The notes: generated from the letters alone by a model not told the origin. Positions 42,998 to 56,041 are shown, counted from the first letter of the stretch. The stretch is DNA of 64,000 nt from Eledone cirrhosa (GCA_964016885.1 OZ024750.1:6014001-6078000), one strand, 5' to 3'. A program made the numbers and translations.

Positions 42998-43330
42998 TCA
43001 CACACATGTTCTGAATCAAATTTCAAAATTTGATTTCTAAAAGTATTGTAAGTATATTATTAATCTTCTTTTATTTTCATGTTAAAACATTAGTCTATAT
43101 AAACATATTGGACTTGTTTGGGTTGTTTAAAGAATTTGAACATGTCATTCAAAGGATGACATATTCATCCAAACGATACTCAAACTTCATCACGCAGGGA
43201 GGTCAGATTCGGATATAACAAAGTATATTTCGGGAGCAAGATCTACTGTTTGAAAAGCTGTGAAGCGTTTTAAAGAGCAGAATTTTTCGGATAGACCCCA
43301 AAGTGGATGAACACAAACTAAAGTCGTTCT

Positions 43331-43666
43331 TCTCTCTATATATACATGACTGTGAGGCTCTCGCACCCGATCTCTTCCCTGATCTCTCTCCCTCTCCGAT
43401 GTTTATCCAGCAGATCTCTCTATATATACATGACTGTGAGGCTCTCGCACCCCATCTCTTCCCTGATCTCTCTCCCTCTCCGATGTTTATCCAGCAGATC
43501 TCTCTATATATACATGACTGTGAGGCTCTCGCACCCCATCTCTTCCCTGATCTCTCTCCCTCTCCGATGTTTATCCAGCAGATCTCTCTATATATACATG
43601 ACTGTGAGGCTCTCGCACCCGATCTCTTCCCTGATCTCTCTCCCTCTCCGATGTTTATCCAGCAGA
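43331..43666. repeat. 84-bp minisatellite, 4 units
   Basis: Four near-identical units; gives the 28-aa repeats in two ORFs. Confidence 0.96.
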
Positions 43667-43745
43667 TTATTCTATAATATAATTCATTAACAACATTTAT
43701 GTGTAAGTAAAATAAGAATTATATAAGTAATACTTACATTTAAAG

Positions 43746-43960
43746 TGAAGGCGTGTGGCTGATTAGTTAAGGAATTGGATTCACAATCGTGAGGTTGTGA
43801 ATTCGATTCCTGGACCGAGCGATGCGTTATGTCCTTGAGCAAGACACTTTATTTCACATTGCTCCTTCTACCTAAGGTTGCGACCGATAGATAGTACTAA
43901 CAACTGGAAAGACCAACGGAAACATTGTTTCCTTGGTCCGATTTGACGAAAGTCGATCGA
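43746..43960 (+). mobile_element. SINE family 2 (CORE-like), full length
   Basis: A box TGGCTGATTAG, B-box-like AATTCGATTCC, GTCCTTGAGCAAGACACTTTATTTCAC. Confidence 0.88.
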
Positions 43961-44474
43961 TCCTTCTTACATTTAAAGCATATAAATTGGTTAATGTTTT
44001 TAACTAAATTAAACCCCAGCAAATAATAGTAAATATAACATTGATACTTTCGGAGGAATATTGAAACAATGGAGATTATGATAAAAGAGGATTAAGAAAG
44101 ATCTATGTAGTTAATGGATGACCTCCGCCACCCATAGAACCTCAACCTTTCTATCGCTTTGGCCTCTCGTGCAATAGAGGTCAGTCTAGCGCTTATGAGA
44201 TAAATGCAATTAACTAAGAAGTCAATAACTTTGTTATTTGCTCTATTGAACATTCGATAATGATACGAAGGATTGAACTCTTTCCAATTTAATTTCACTT
44301 TGTTTCTCGTTTCAATGACCCCCTCTCCTCCTTTTCTTCATTTCTTTCTTCTTTCTTCTTTCCAACTTTCCTTCACCGTTCCTTCCACTACTGCTAACTT
44401 ATATCTAACTGTCTATCTATATATCAATCTACCTATCTAACTGTAAACACACTCACACACACACAGACACCACT

Positions 44475-44511
<37 letters not shown>

Positions 44512-44607
44512 ACAAACACACCACTCATACACACACACAGATAAACTCACACATATATATATATGTAAGCATACATGTATTCATGTAGCGTCTCTGTCTG
44601 TTTCTCC

Positions 44608-44685
<78 letters not shown>

Positions 44686-44820
44686 ATATATATGTATGGT
44701 GTATGTGTGTATCGAATCCCTTTTTCTATATAAATCTTCGATTTTATCTATATAATTATCGTACCCACATAGTCATTAGATATAAGTGTGTACATACACA
44801 TATACAGACGGAGTATATAT

Positions 44821-44876
<56 letters not shown>

Positions 44877-45079
44877 ATACATATAATAGAATATAAAAGA
44901 AAAATGAACACAGATATATAGAGATATGTGTTTAAATCGTAAGGGACCTGATTCGCTGAGGTGAAAAGAATACTAACTATGATAATATACGGCCTCAGAA
45001 ATATCTCTTTCTTAGAGCTATTTTGTTGTAAGAGACTATTTTGAGTTCCTAACTCAATATATACCTTTAATATGTATAC

Positions 45080-45146
<67 letters not shown>

Positions 45147-45170
45147 CATACATACGTATATATATATATA

Positions 45171-45342
45171 ATATAAGATCAAAAGATGGTTAAAAGAGTT
45201 CCATGTATTTTATTATGCGCATTTCAAAAACAAATATCATCATGGGATGATATTTACGTTCTCATCAGATAAAATAGGGAGACATGATATGAAGGTTAAA
45301 AGACACTTGCGAGCAGTGAAGTGTTAAATCTACATATGAAAA

Positions 45343-45347
<5 letters not shown>
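45171..45347 (-). mobile_element. Family D short-arm-only copy
   Basis: Homologous to 47039-47205; inside (TA)n. Confidence 0.85.
45206..45276 (-). ncRNA. Type I hammerhead ribozyme
   Basis: TATTTTAT-CTGATGA-GAACG TAAATATCATC CCAT GATGATATTTG TTTTT-GAAA-TGCGCA-TA/ATAAAATA. Confidence 0.87.
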
Positions 45348-45411
<64 letters not shown>

Positions 45412-45681
45412 CGAAATAGTGAGAGGAGTTGGTTGTGCGCCCCTTTAAAAGAATCCCTCCCACAGTTAACACAGATAAACCAGTCTCCCATCGATTTCAT
45501 TACAATGCACTAGATCGATGACCTTTAACACACATGAGAAATAGATTCCATTTAAATTTCTATGTAAAGAACCTTTCTCATTAACATAATGCTATATATG
45601 AACATTTTCCCTGTACCCTAAAGACCCAGAATTTCTTCTTATCGTGTAATCAGAAATAACATAAAGACACACCAACACATA

Positions 45682-45768
<87 letters not shown>

Positions 45769-45897
45769 CAAAGAGATATTTAATTTGTTGGTTATTCAAC
45801 AAATTTATTTATAACAGATTCGAAGCACTCTACAGCTTTTCTGGAGTATAATATCAATGATATTAATAAATGGAAACTATATTTATAAAACCATATT

Positions 45898-45955
45898 TAT
45901 TTTATTATATTTCAAGGGTACCAAAAACTTTGGTACGCTCTCATCAGATAAAATA
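45898..45955 (-). ncRNA. Minimal type I hammerhead ribozyme
   Basis: TATTTTAT-CTGATGA-GAGC GTACCAAA GTT TTTGGTAC CCTT-GAAA-TA-TA/ATAAAATA; the element runs on to the (TA)n at 45766. Confidence 0.83.
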
Positions 45956-46366
45956 CAAAATTTGTTTTATAAATGGTGACATACCCAAGAAACCAGACCT
46001 TATCTGTTCAGGTTCTGTTTGGATATGCAAACAGTCATAATTCTATACCGCTAAGCCTGTTTGTCTGACGCTCAACTGATTCTGCCAAACGTTGATATAA
46101 TCAACTATGTCATTCTCCTTCACATATTCCAGGTCTTGTGACTTTCTTAAGAAGAAACTAAAGACTATGTAAAGATAATTTTATTAAATTGATCTCTACT
46201 CTCAGAAGAGTAAATTTCAGTTTATTTATTCTTTGGTGAAATTAATAAAATAAAATAAAATGTAACAGGAACTCTGTCAGAGATGCCGATGAGTATTCCA
46301 GTTGTGTTGTACTATCAATTAAGTTGCCTACTTATTAAATTACAGTTTAAGTGGCTGAGCATTCTA

Positions 46367-46712
46367 TACGAGCATCGGCTGAAAAGTTTATAGGCTGACA
46401 ATGAAGGAGTGATACCTAGAGTTGTGAAATCTTACATGCATTTATTTCCACTCTTCTTATTAATAATAGCAATGTTGCTTTCCAGGGACTATGTTGAAAA
46501 ATAAACGTCATTGGATCATTCCATGAGAGTATCTTGGTCAGTCTATGAAGGAGTGATGCTAGAGCTGTGAAATCTTGCATGTATTAATTTCAACTCTTCT
46601 TATTAATAACTGCATTGTTGCTTTCCAGGGACTATGTTGAGAAATAAACGTCATTAGGTCATTCCATGAGAGTATCTTGGTCAGCCTAGCAACCTTTCAG
46701 CCGAGCCTCGTG
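46367..46712. mobile_element. Tc1/mariner-type MITE with internal duplication
   Basis: TIRs TACGAGCATCGGCTGAAA / TTTCAGCCGAGCCTCGTG. Confidence 0.8.
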
Positions 46713-47073
46713 TATTTTAGTGATGCTAGAGCTGTGAAATCTTACATGAATTAATTTCAACTCTTCTCATTAATACCAGCATTAATACCAGCGCCATCTG
46801 GAATGTTTCTTCACAGTTTCCTCTTATCTATTTTCATACACAAGTCATCTGTCAATCTGAGGCTTCAGGTAAAATACCACAATACACTTTCCTCAAATAT
46901 CCTGGAGGAGTATTGAACCCGGTGATGTTTGATTCTGTAGCAAATTTCTTAACCATTTGGCCATGATAATAGTACAGGATTTTTTCTCCCCTTTCTCTCT
47001 CTCTCTCTCTCTCTTTTATATATATATATATATATATAATATAAGATCAAAAGATGGTTAAAGGAGTTCCATG

Positions 47074-47144
47074 TATTTTATTATGCGCATTTCAAAAACA
47101 AACATCATCATGCAATAATATTTGTGTTTTCATCAGATAAAACA
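47074..47144 (-). ncRNA. Type I hammerhead ribozyme (mirror copy)
   Basis: Reverse complement of 47251-47321. Confidence 0.85.
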
Positions 47145-47250
47145 GGAGAACATGATATGAAGGTTAAAAATCACTTGTGGATAGTGCAGTTTTAAATCAA
47201 CATATCTGCACTATCCACAAGTGTTTTTTAGCCTTCATATCATGTTCTCC

Positions 47251-47321
47251 TGTTTTATCTGATGAAAACACAAATATTATTGCATGATGATGTTTGTTTT
47301 TGAAATGCGCATAATAAAATA
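47251..47321 (+). ncRNA. Type I hammerhead ribozyme
   Basis: TGTTTTAT-CTGATGA-36-nt helix II-GAAA-TGCGCA-TA/ATAAAATA; helix III ATGCGCAT is a palindrome. Confidence 0.86.
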
Positions 47322-47444
47322 CATGGAACTCCTTTAACCATCTTTTTATCTTATATATTATGTATACTCCAGTCCTACAAACTGTAGAGTGCTTCTTATC
47401 CGATATCTGCATTGCTTTATTGTACTACAATAAAACTCACCTCC

Positions 47445-47485
<41 letters not shown>

Positions 47486-47504
47486 GTGTATATACATATA
47501 TATG

Positions 47505-47540
<36 letters not shown>

Positions 47541-47589
47541 CATATGTATGCATATATATACATATATATATACATATATATATATACAC

Positions 47590-47642
<53 letters not shown>

Positions 47643-49024
47643 CATACATATATACATATGTACACACGTACATGCAAACAAGCTAACAAGCAAAAAATAC
47701 GTACTTGCTAACACACATCTATCTATCTATGTATCTATCTATCTATCTTTGTATATATAATGTGAATAAATTGATGTTCAGTGAACTTGTACTAAATACT
47801 AATTACTAAATTGTAATATAAATTATCCAGGCCAATATCTTTGTGCCATCCACTGTTAATTGAATCAGTTATTCAACTATCTCTTAGAAAGTGTGTTTCA
47901 TTGAAATCTATTTATTCTAATAATAAAGAACCACTGATAATTGCCATTATTTTGAACTTTACACAGAAACGTTTGTTAAGACCTATTCTGGGAAGTTTGA
48001 TGTAGAAACAATGAGCATAAAACTGATAAATGATAATAAAACATTTCTGGAAATTTCTGGAACGGGCATCGGTCAGTTTCGACGAGGAATATTTCATTTA
48101 TTCGATAACATAGGCAAGTTTGGATTTAGGCATTTGAGTGTCCGGGGCACTTCAGGTTTGGGAGGTGGGGAATAAAGAAAAAAATAGAACACACAGCAAA
48201 CCCCCCTAATTTTACATATCAAAGTTAGCTTGGGGCAAGTAATTGGAATTGAAACGTTATACATACAGGTATTAAATTCAAAAGTTCTAACCATCCTAAA
48301 ACTAAAAAGCCCAGTTGAGGGCACAAATAAATTGCCATGGCTATCGCTGGTGGGGCTCCCTACTGCAGGGTGCAATTGCCCTCTTTTTATCTCCATTAAA
48401 TGCGGCCTTGCACGTACGTAGCTGCGCATTCTACCGATCTGTGTCACCATAACGCACGTTCTATGGGATATTCAGCGTCACACAGTGTGTGTATATATAT
48501 GTGTGTGTGTGTATGTGTGTGTATATATATGTGTGTGTGTATGTGTGTGTGGGGTGGGTGGGGGGGGGGGGGGGGCAAGATTTGTCCTTTGAAGTAGAGG
48601 TTACAGTTTCCGCCGAACCCATTTCACTCTCAAGGTATGGGTCGCTCCGAGGCTATATAGTAAATGACACGATGTCACACAGTGTAATCGAAACCGGGAC
48701 ATTATGATTACGATCTCTTTAATCATTCGGCCATTCAGCGCCCCCCATGAGAAAAGTAATGTAAAAACCACATGATTTCCAAAAGGTAAAAAAAAAAACA
48801 AACGTAAAAAAAGAAAAAAAAAGTAACACAAAAACGAAAAAAACTACAAAAATAAGATCAAATCAGAAAGTATTGCAAATGAAAATAAACCGCAATAGTA
48901 GTATTGATTTTCTTTATTTGTTTCTTTTTTGGGGTCCTAAAGCTATTTTTACCTGTGTAATGAAGATAAGTGTGTTGTTGAATAGTGAGCGACACTTGAG
49001 GCCTGACAAGAAAATATTCTGTAG

Positions 49025-49090
<66 letters not shown>

Positions 49091-49131
49091 AAGAACACAA
49101 GAGCGTCTACAACATCAAAAGATTTTTATTG

Positions 49132-49176
49132 GCTTACAATGTTTCTTCCTTACGTAACCGTAGGATTCGTCAGAGC
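49132..49176 (-). ncRNA. Minimal type I hammerhead ribozyme
   Basis: GCT-CTGACGA-A TCCT ACG GTTA CGT A AGGA A-GAAA-CATTG-TA/AGC, in a 120-bp insert within (TA)n; resembles 1238-1284. Confidence 0.78.
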
Positions 49177-49206
49177 TATAAAAGGGGTTTGATTGGTGTT
49201 ATGGAC

Positions 49207-49245
<39 letters not shown>

Positions 49246-49259
49246 ATTTATTAAAATAA

Positions 49260-49333
49260 CAGATTAAAGTTTAAGCATAGAATCGCTGCTTTCACCCTTA
49301 ACGTGATCTTCTGAAACTAACAAAGTCAATCTG
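49260..49333 (-). ncRNA. Family C hammerhead variant with bulged, extended helix I
   Basis: CAGATTGA...AGTTT-CAGAAGA-TCAC GTTAA GGGT-GAAA-GCA..TGC-TT/AAACT-TTAATCTG. Confidence 0.68.
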
Positions 49334-49345
49334 TAAACGCAGAAG

Positions 49346-49387
<42 letters not shown>

Positions 49388-49391
<4 letters not shown>

Positions 49392-49595
49392 GGTTTAGCT
49401 GGCCTCCTCCAAGGTATATCTCGTTGGAGGTGTCTTGGGTGATTTAATGATAGGGACCCCAGTCCCTATCATCTCATTTCTACAGCTGAGTAAACTGAAG
49501 CAACGTGAAATAAAGTGTCTTGCTCAAGGAAACAACACATCACCCGGTCCGAGAATTGAACTCACAACCTTTCAATTGCAAGCCACGCGCCTTCA
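49388..49595 (-). mobile_element. SINE family 2 variant with a different 3' tail
   Basis: Homologous to 53695-53922. Confidence 0.85.
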
Positions 49596-49891
49596 CTGAC
49601 TATATAGTACAATGAGAACCCACATTGAGTTCTACCAATTCTTCCGTGCATCTGTTTACGGCCATTGAAATGTTTTTGTTATGAATATGTGGTACATTAT
49701 ATCGATCAGTTAAAACTCTTAGACTCCCTATTGAGACAGACTGTTTATTCGAGGAACTGTAAAAGTCTCAAACACACACACAATTGCACACCATCAAATA
49801 ATGAAAAATCAATGAGAGCGAATCTTAAATAGTTGTATGGAAATCTAGCAAATGGGGTAAGATCTTTTGTTTATTATAAATTATAGATATA

Positions 49892-49946
49892 CTGCTATAT
49901 ATATATTTCGGTGACAGCCATCATTGTCTGTGACCTCTTCAGGCAG
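49892..49946 (-). ncRNA. Type I hammerhead ribozyme
   Basis: CTGC-CTGAAGA-GGTCACAG ACAATGATGG CTGTCACC-GAAA-TATATATA-TA/GCAG; helix III is an (AT)5 palindrome. Confidence 0.82.
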
Positions 49947-50054
49947 GCCGAATTGGTGTGGGAAAGACAGGTACACATGTTGTTGAAGTGTGTTTTACGC
50001 CGTCGATGTGTCCAGCTCCTGATTATGTTGTTATTTCTATGAGGAACTGGAATC

Positions 50055-50180
50055 AGAGGGCTCGATAAGGATAAATATATATCAAATATATAAGAACCAT
50101 AGAGCAAATATTTATTAAAATAACAGATTAAAGTTTAAGCAAAGAATCGTTGCTTTCACTCTTAACGGGATCTTCTGAAA
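50055..50180 (-). mobile_element. Family C copy
   Basis: Matches 42323-42446, including the CAGAAGA core. Confidence 0.85.
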
Positions 50181-50181
50181 G

Positions 50182-50222
<41 letters not shown>

Positions 50223-50443
50223 AGCAGATGAATCACGTAGATAGTAACAGAAATAGACACACACACATTTTACTTGCAAACTGCTCAGTGGAACACTCCC
50301 CTCATCAGCTGTTGGCCTCCTTTAGCAGAGTCGCTCCTTACAACGGAATATCCGGGTTGCTTTTACTCACAGTGTTATAGGCGTTTACTCCGTCATTCAT
50401 GCACCTAACATACTTAACCGGGTGGGGGGCTGTACTCTCTCCA

Positions 50444-50488
<45 letters not shown>

Positions 50489-50492
50489 GTGT

Positions 50493-50539
<47 letters not shown>

Positions 50540-50681
50540 AGAAATACGTATTTATTGTTGTCAGTGAAAAAGACACGGGAGGTCTCATACATAATGAAAT
50601 GTGATTAGGAAAAAATGAACAATGAAAAGAGTACATCTCCATATGGCCAATACTGTAGAGATAATGATTAGGAGTCAAAAT

Positions 50682-50747
<66 letters not shown>

Positions 50748-51171
50748 ATATTACTACTACCACCACAGTCGCAGCAGATGATGTTTCTTTAAGAATAGAT
50801 TATTCAATTATGAAGATCCTGAAATCAAGACAACCAGAATAAAGAGACTAGAAACAGAATCAATCCCTTTAATAAGTGATTTTGAAATGATTAAATATTA
50901 TTCTTAATGCAGTCTTAATATCATGTTATTGCCAACCTCGATACAGCCAGGCTGGACAACGTATTTCAGAGATCTCCTGTGAAATTCTAAAATTAATATT
51001 GAAGATTCATTTCGTGTCCAAAACACGAACATCTTTACTCGGAGTCTGAAAACCGGGTCTATTACTACAGAGTTCCAGCTCCTCTTTATTTCAAGTACAA
51101 TAAATAATTGTTGGCATTACTGAACAGTGCAGGTCCCATCGATTTACTTTCATTGTTGAATACGTCTTAAA

Positions 51172-51371
51172 GGGTGGTGGACTGGCAGTAGCGGTAGAGG
51201 GTAGGACGCCATGCTTTGCAGCATAGAGTTACGGCCCTTTATGATCTGAGTTCAAATCCCGCTGAAGTTAACTTTGCCTTTCATCCTTACGGGGTCGATA
51301 AAATAAAGTACCAGTCACGCACTGGGGTCGATTTAATCGACTTTCCCCTCCCCCAAAATTTCTGGCCTTGT
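51172..51371 (+). mobile_element. SINE family 1 copy
   Basis: Head plus core; directly abuts a family 2 SINE. Confidence 0.9.
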
Positions 51372-51581
51372 GAAGGCGTGTGGCTGATTGGTTAGAGAAC
51401 TGGATTAGCAATCGTGAGGTTGTCAGTTCGATTCCTGGACCAGGCGATGCGTGATGTCCTTGATCAAGATACTTTATTTCACGTTGCTTCTTCTGGAGTT
51501 GCGACTGATAGATAGTATTAGCAACTGGAAACACTAACGGAAACATTGTTTCCTCGGTCCGATTTGACGAAAGTCGTTCGA
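51371..51581 (+). mobile_element. SINE family 2 copy
   Basis: Homologous to 43746-43960. Confidence 0.88.
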
Positions 51582-51984
51582 CAAACTATTGAATACGTTC
51601 GTACTTTCAATGTTTCTATTTGTTCAATCAGCCATTATCACCGTTGTTTCTGTTATTTTCTCCCTCACGCATTAAAATAAGGACGCTAGCGATACAAAAC
51701 TCACCTATCTTTGGCAAAATGTTATGCATTATTAAAGTTATAAATGTGTTGTGTTATTGCATATATATTCATCACTCTGAGGCTGCCATAGTCACATATA
51801 CACCTGTCTACATATATATATAACAAGTTGCACACACAAAAAAAACAACACGAAATACCAGGGACGAATGACCAGAAGCATTTATTTTCTTCGTCGGCCA
51901 GCCCCTGGGCAAGGATAATTCAATTTCGCTCACACATACACGCACACATCTCTCTCTCCCTCCCCCTCTCTCTCTCTGTATATA

Positions 51985-52066
<82 letters not shown>

Positions 52067-52519
52067 TCAATAATGACAGTCAATCGATGCGACATGTGCT
52101 GTATAATTGAGCTTAGTTTTTCTGAAACGTTACACAAAAGGAATTCCAAAACTATATTTGTATAATTATGGATATAAAACATGTTATGGAGGACAATTGG
52201 ACGACAACCAACTGCGTTATATGACAAATTGGTGACAACAAATCTTGTTATGTAGACGGGACGAAATTATATACTACGCTTTGATTTATTTTGTTTTTTA
52301 TATGATGTTATTTATCTATTCTTGCCAACTTCTCGATATCGCACAACCACATAGCTTCTGCTTTATCTTCTGGTGACTACCTTCATCATGAAGTATAGTT
52401 TATCCAGTGTTATTTTCCTCGTTCCTTATATTATCTAGCAATGAATAACATTGACACTCTCCTTTGTTATCTTTTGTTTATATTTTTCGTTCTGTCTTTT
52501 ACAATATTCTTCAAGCTTT

Positions 52520-53230
52520 ATATTCTATAGTCATTTTAATTCTCAATTGGGTTGTTGTCGTTGATGTAAACTGTCCACATATACACGTGGTATCTAGATA
52601 ATCTACAAAGTTCTGAAATAGAGTCTCATCGGCATTGGTTTCGTTATCGGAACGACCGAACAATCGATGGTATCATATTTAACCCCAACATCATTGGATG
52701 GAATAAAATCCTACTCGATGACACTCAGTTTCCATTCATTTATTTCATTCCTCTCGTGATTATATTGGATCTGGAAGCCAACCTCTTGGATTTTTCTGTA
52801 TAAAGATTATTCTACATTAAATAGATATTGATATATTCGAGCGCATTGAAACCCATTTTGGTAATAGTTTAAATTCCATCATAATTGACGATACTAGTCT
52901 TTCAATAGTTGGAATAATTCTCTTGTTGTTTCTTGGAGCCTTCGCAAAATGTCGAATTATCTTCTCATTTATTTTGTATGAGGCAAGAGAAACTATCGTC
53001 CATGACACTTTTCAAAGTTGTTAAAACATTTGGGTACAAAGTGGGTGTTACAGTTTGCTTGAAGCATTGTGTAAAATGTAAAAATTAGAGTTTTGTTTGA
53101 AGTCTACAGCAATTTGTATTGGACGGTACTTGTTAAATATATGATAACACCAAAGACTTTGGATCGTTACTTTGCAGTTCTTTATAGGTCTTTATATTTC
53201 GGGATAAAATCCTTTCATCAAATGATAAAT
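52520..53230 (-). pseudogene. Decayed Mutator-like (MULE) transposase
   Basis: Ordered motifs across frameshifts and stops: IMMEF (cf. IMxDFE), YRKIQEVGFQIQY (cf. WRKIQELGL), DFIPSNDV (cf. AFVP..DV), FVDYLDTT, DNNPIEN (cf. TNN..E). Confidence 0.7.
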
Positions 53231-53513
53231 ACAACAAACTAGTTCGGAAATGTATATTTTTGTCGCTCTTAAACTGCAATATTTTGAGGTTTGATTGTGG
53301 TGTTTATTTTTGTTTTTTCAACGAAGGAATTAATGATTGCATCACATGTTACGCAATCTAAGCTACGTTCTGACCTAAACTATTGTATCATTTTTAAAAT
53401 AGAATTACGTGTGGTAGTGTGTATGTCTATGGTAGCTATTGGGTGTTGAGTTCTAGTCTATGTTGATTTGGTGTTTCAGTTAGTCTATTAGTATAGATTC
53501 TCTTATACTGAGA

Positions 53514-53694
53514 TTGCTGGTATACCGTATCCAATACGCCAAATGCGGCGAAGTTTTTATCGGTTGCACTACACGACCATTACGTATGAGCTTCAAAGAA
53601 AAACTCAACACAATCGCATCCTCTTTAAACCACAAAAATAAGAGCAAGAATATAAATAATGATATGCGTGTGTGTGTTTTACAGCTCACACCTA
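53514..53694 (+). pseudogene. GIY-YIG endonuclease fragment of Penelope type
   Basis: LVYRIQYAKCGEVFIGCTTRPLRMSFKEK matches VYxIxCxxCxxxYIGxTxRxLxxRxxEH with degenerate positions; cut by a SINE at 53695. Confidence 0.75.
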
Positions 53695-53922
53695 TGCAGG
53701 TTTAGCTGGTCTCCTCCAAGGTATATCTCGTTGGAGGTGTCTTGGGTGTTCTATTGATAGGGACCCCAGTCCTATCATCTCATTTCTACAGCTGAGTAAA
53801 CTGGAACAACGTGAAATAAAGTATCTTGCTCAAGGAAACAACACATCACCCGATCTGAGAATTGAACTCACAACATTTCGATTGCAAGCCCAATGCTCTA
53901 ACCACTAAGCCATGCGCCTTCA
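53695..53922 (-). mobile_element. SINE family 2 variant
   Basis: tRNA head plus CORE-like box; homologous to 49388-49595. Confidence 0.87.
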
Positions 53923-55126
53923 AATAAAGATATAGCAGTTACTATTGAAGCTCCGGGGGCATCATTGTTGTTTATCAGTCCTCGGAAAGATGACAGCGTC
54001 AGATATATCAGTGAGTACAATTCGGATTCGTGTATTTGGATGTGTCACTCACTGTTTCACAGTTTCAGCTTTAATTTGGTTTTTAACTTTTCTACTGTAA
54101 CTTCTTTACAACGTGGTACGTGTGTATGATACTTGGTTATTGGCATTTCAGTTCCTACAGACACTGCTTTGCTATTAAATATTTTCCTTTGATCATATTT
54201 CCTATACGTTTTATAACCTTTTGTTCTATCATTTGTGTGAATAGATTCTTTTCGGAGTTTATCTTCTTCTTTGTCATTTTATGTATTCACATATGGTTAG
54301 GAGTTGAAAATATTTTATGTTACTTATGAAAAGACAAAAATAACTGTCAGAAACTCAAACCCCAACCAACACTTTAGATTTATTACCTTATACTTTTAAA
54401 TACGTACTTATGTCCAATACTTATTTCATTTCACATGGGTTATGGATTGGTAGAATTGTTAAGGCATCGATGAATTGCTTTGTAATATTTATGTTGGCTC
54501 TTTAAGTTCCGTGTTCAAACGTAGCTGAGGGCAAATTTGCCTTTCATCCTTCCAGGTTTATCCTTCAGCTACTGGTGTCGTTTTAACTGATTCATCTTTA
54601 CCCCAAATTGCTAGCCTTGTGCTTATTTCCTTTCATAAATTAATGTATAGTTTATTATAAGAGATTAACGTTGCTCTGCTTAGCAATTGTTTCATGATAT
54701 GCAGTATGTTGCCTACTTGATTGTCGTTTACTTTACTGGTACCAGACTGCTTCTGATCCGTCTTTTACTGTGAATTTTATTCACTTGCTCATATTTAATT
54801 CGCTATAAACCGCTGAAGCATTTTTATTCTATTTTATTTATTTACTATTATTGCTATTTTTTTAAGTACATCTATTTTTCAGAAGATGTGGCAATAGCTG
54901 GTGACCAGTCCTATCCTAGCTGATTTAAGTATAAATATAGGAGCTTTTCTTTTAAGGAACATAACTCTCTGCATGATCATTGAAATTTCCGATGTCTTTT
55001 GAGCTGCATAAGTTAGATGGCAGAGAGGAGGTAAGGCAGTATCATTTGGTTTGGTCACATGGTCATATTCACTGGTTTGGGGCTGCTTATTCGTCCGACA
55101 GGAGTCTGCTTATATCGCAAGTAACA

Positions 55127-55303
55127 ATAATTGTTTCTATTTTGGCACAAGGCCAATAATTATCCCAGTACATTACTGGTACTTAATTTATCGACCTCGT
55201 AAGGCAAAGTTAACCTCGGTGGGATTTAAACTCAGACCGTAAATGGGCATAGCTCTATGCTGCAAAGCATGGCGTACGACTCTCAACCGATAATGCCAAT
55301 CCA
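55127..55303 (-). mobile_element. SINE family 1 copy
   Basis: Head plus partly deleted core. Confidence 0.85.
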
Positions 55304-56041
55304 TTGGTCACTGTATAGCTATATCCCACATGCGGCCCCGTTCTCTAGCAGAACTGCTCTATCGAGAACCATTTCTGTACAACTGTCACAAATATAAGCT
55401 AGTATGTGAAATAAACAGCTACAAAATATTGCTTGCATACTTTGCTACAATATCACAAATATGTCTAGGGTGTAGGGTACAAAATATTGTCATGTTTAAT
55501 CCTTTAGCATTTACATTACTCTATATTTACTATTGTATTTTTGTGGTAAAGGCTTTATCTTACATAATTATCTCACATAATATCGAATCTATGAGATGTT
55601 GATGTTATTTATTTATCAGTATGAGTGGCCAGTTACGTCAGGTCTGAACAGAAAAAGGTGTTAGAATTCTGGCCAGATGTGGCCAGTTTAAATGCTTGAA
55701 GGGTTAAGCTCTTCTGTGTATTAATTATGTAAACGGAAATCACAATCCCCACCATGGATAAGAAACCACTTCGTGTATTCAGTTTAAGTACTTGCCTCAC
55801 TTCTTCGATGAAATGACATTGTAGTAAATAATATATGAAGGTAAAAAGAAAATTAATACTATATCATGATTTTAGAGGAGCAAAGACATAAATGTCCAAC
55901 GAAATGGAAAGTTAGTATGGTTATAAAAATGATGTTTTAAATATATACACACTTAATTTATCATTTATTCATTTATACATTCACATCAACATACACCCAT
56001 ATATATAACATACATACAAAGATTTACATACATATGTATAC

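Larger units (their letters stand above)
47039..47447 (+). mobile_element. Family D fold-back (151-bp arms, 16-nt spacer, ~90-nt tail)
   Basis: Arms 47039-47189 and 47206-47356; (TA)n on both sides. Confidence 0.88.

Noticed and set aside
43331-43666. CRISPR-like or repeat-protein interpretation of the 84-bp array
   Set aside because: No unique spacers, eukaryotic context, and no evidence of an exon
44957-45025. TGAGG..CCTCA-GAAA hammerhead-like half
   Set aside because: Core CTGATTC is non-canonical and there is no helix I
50270-50312. Minus-strand CTGATGA
   Set aside because: No GAAA or helices at suitable spacing
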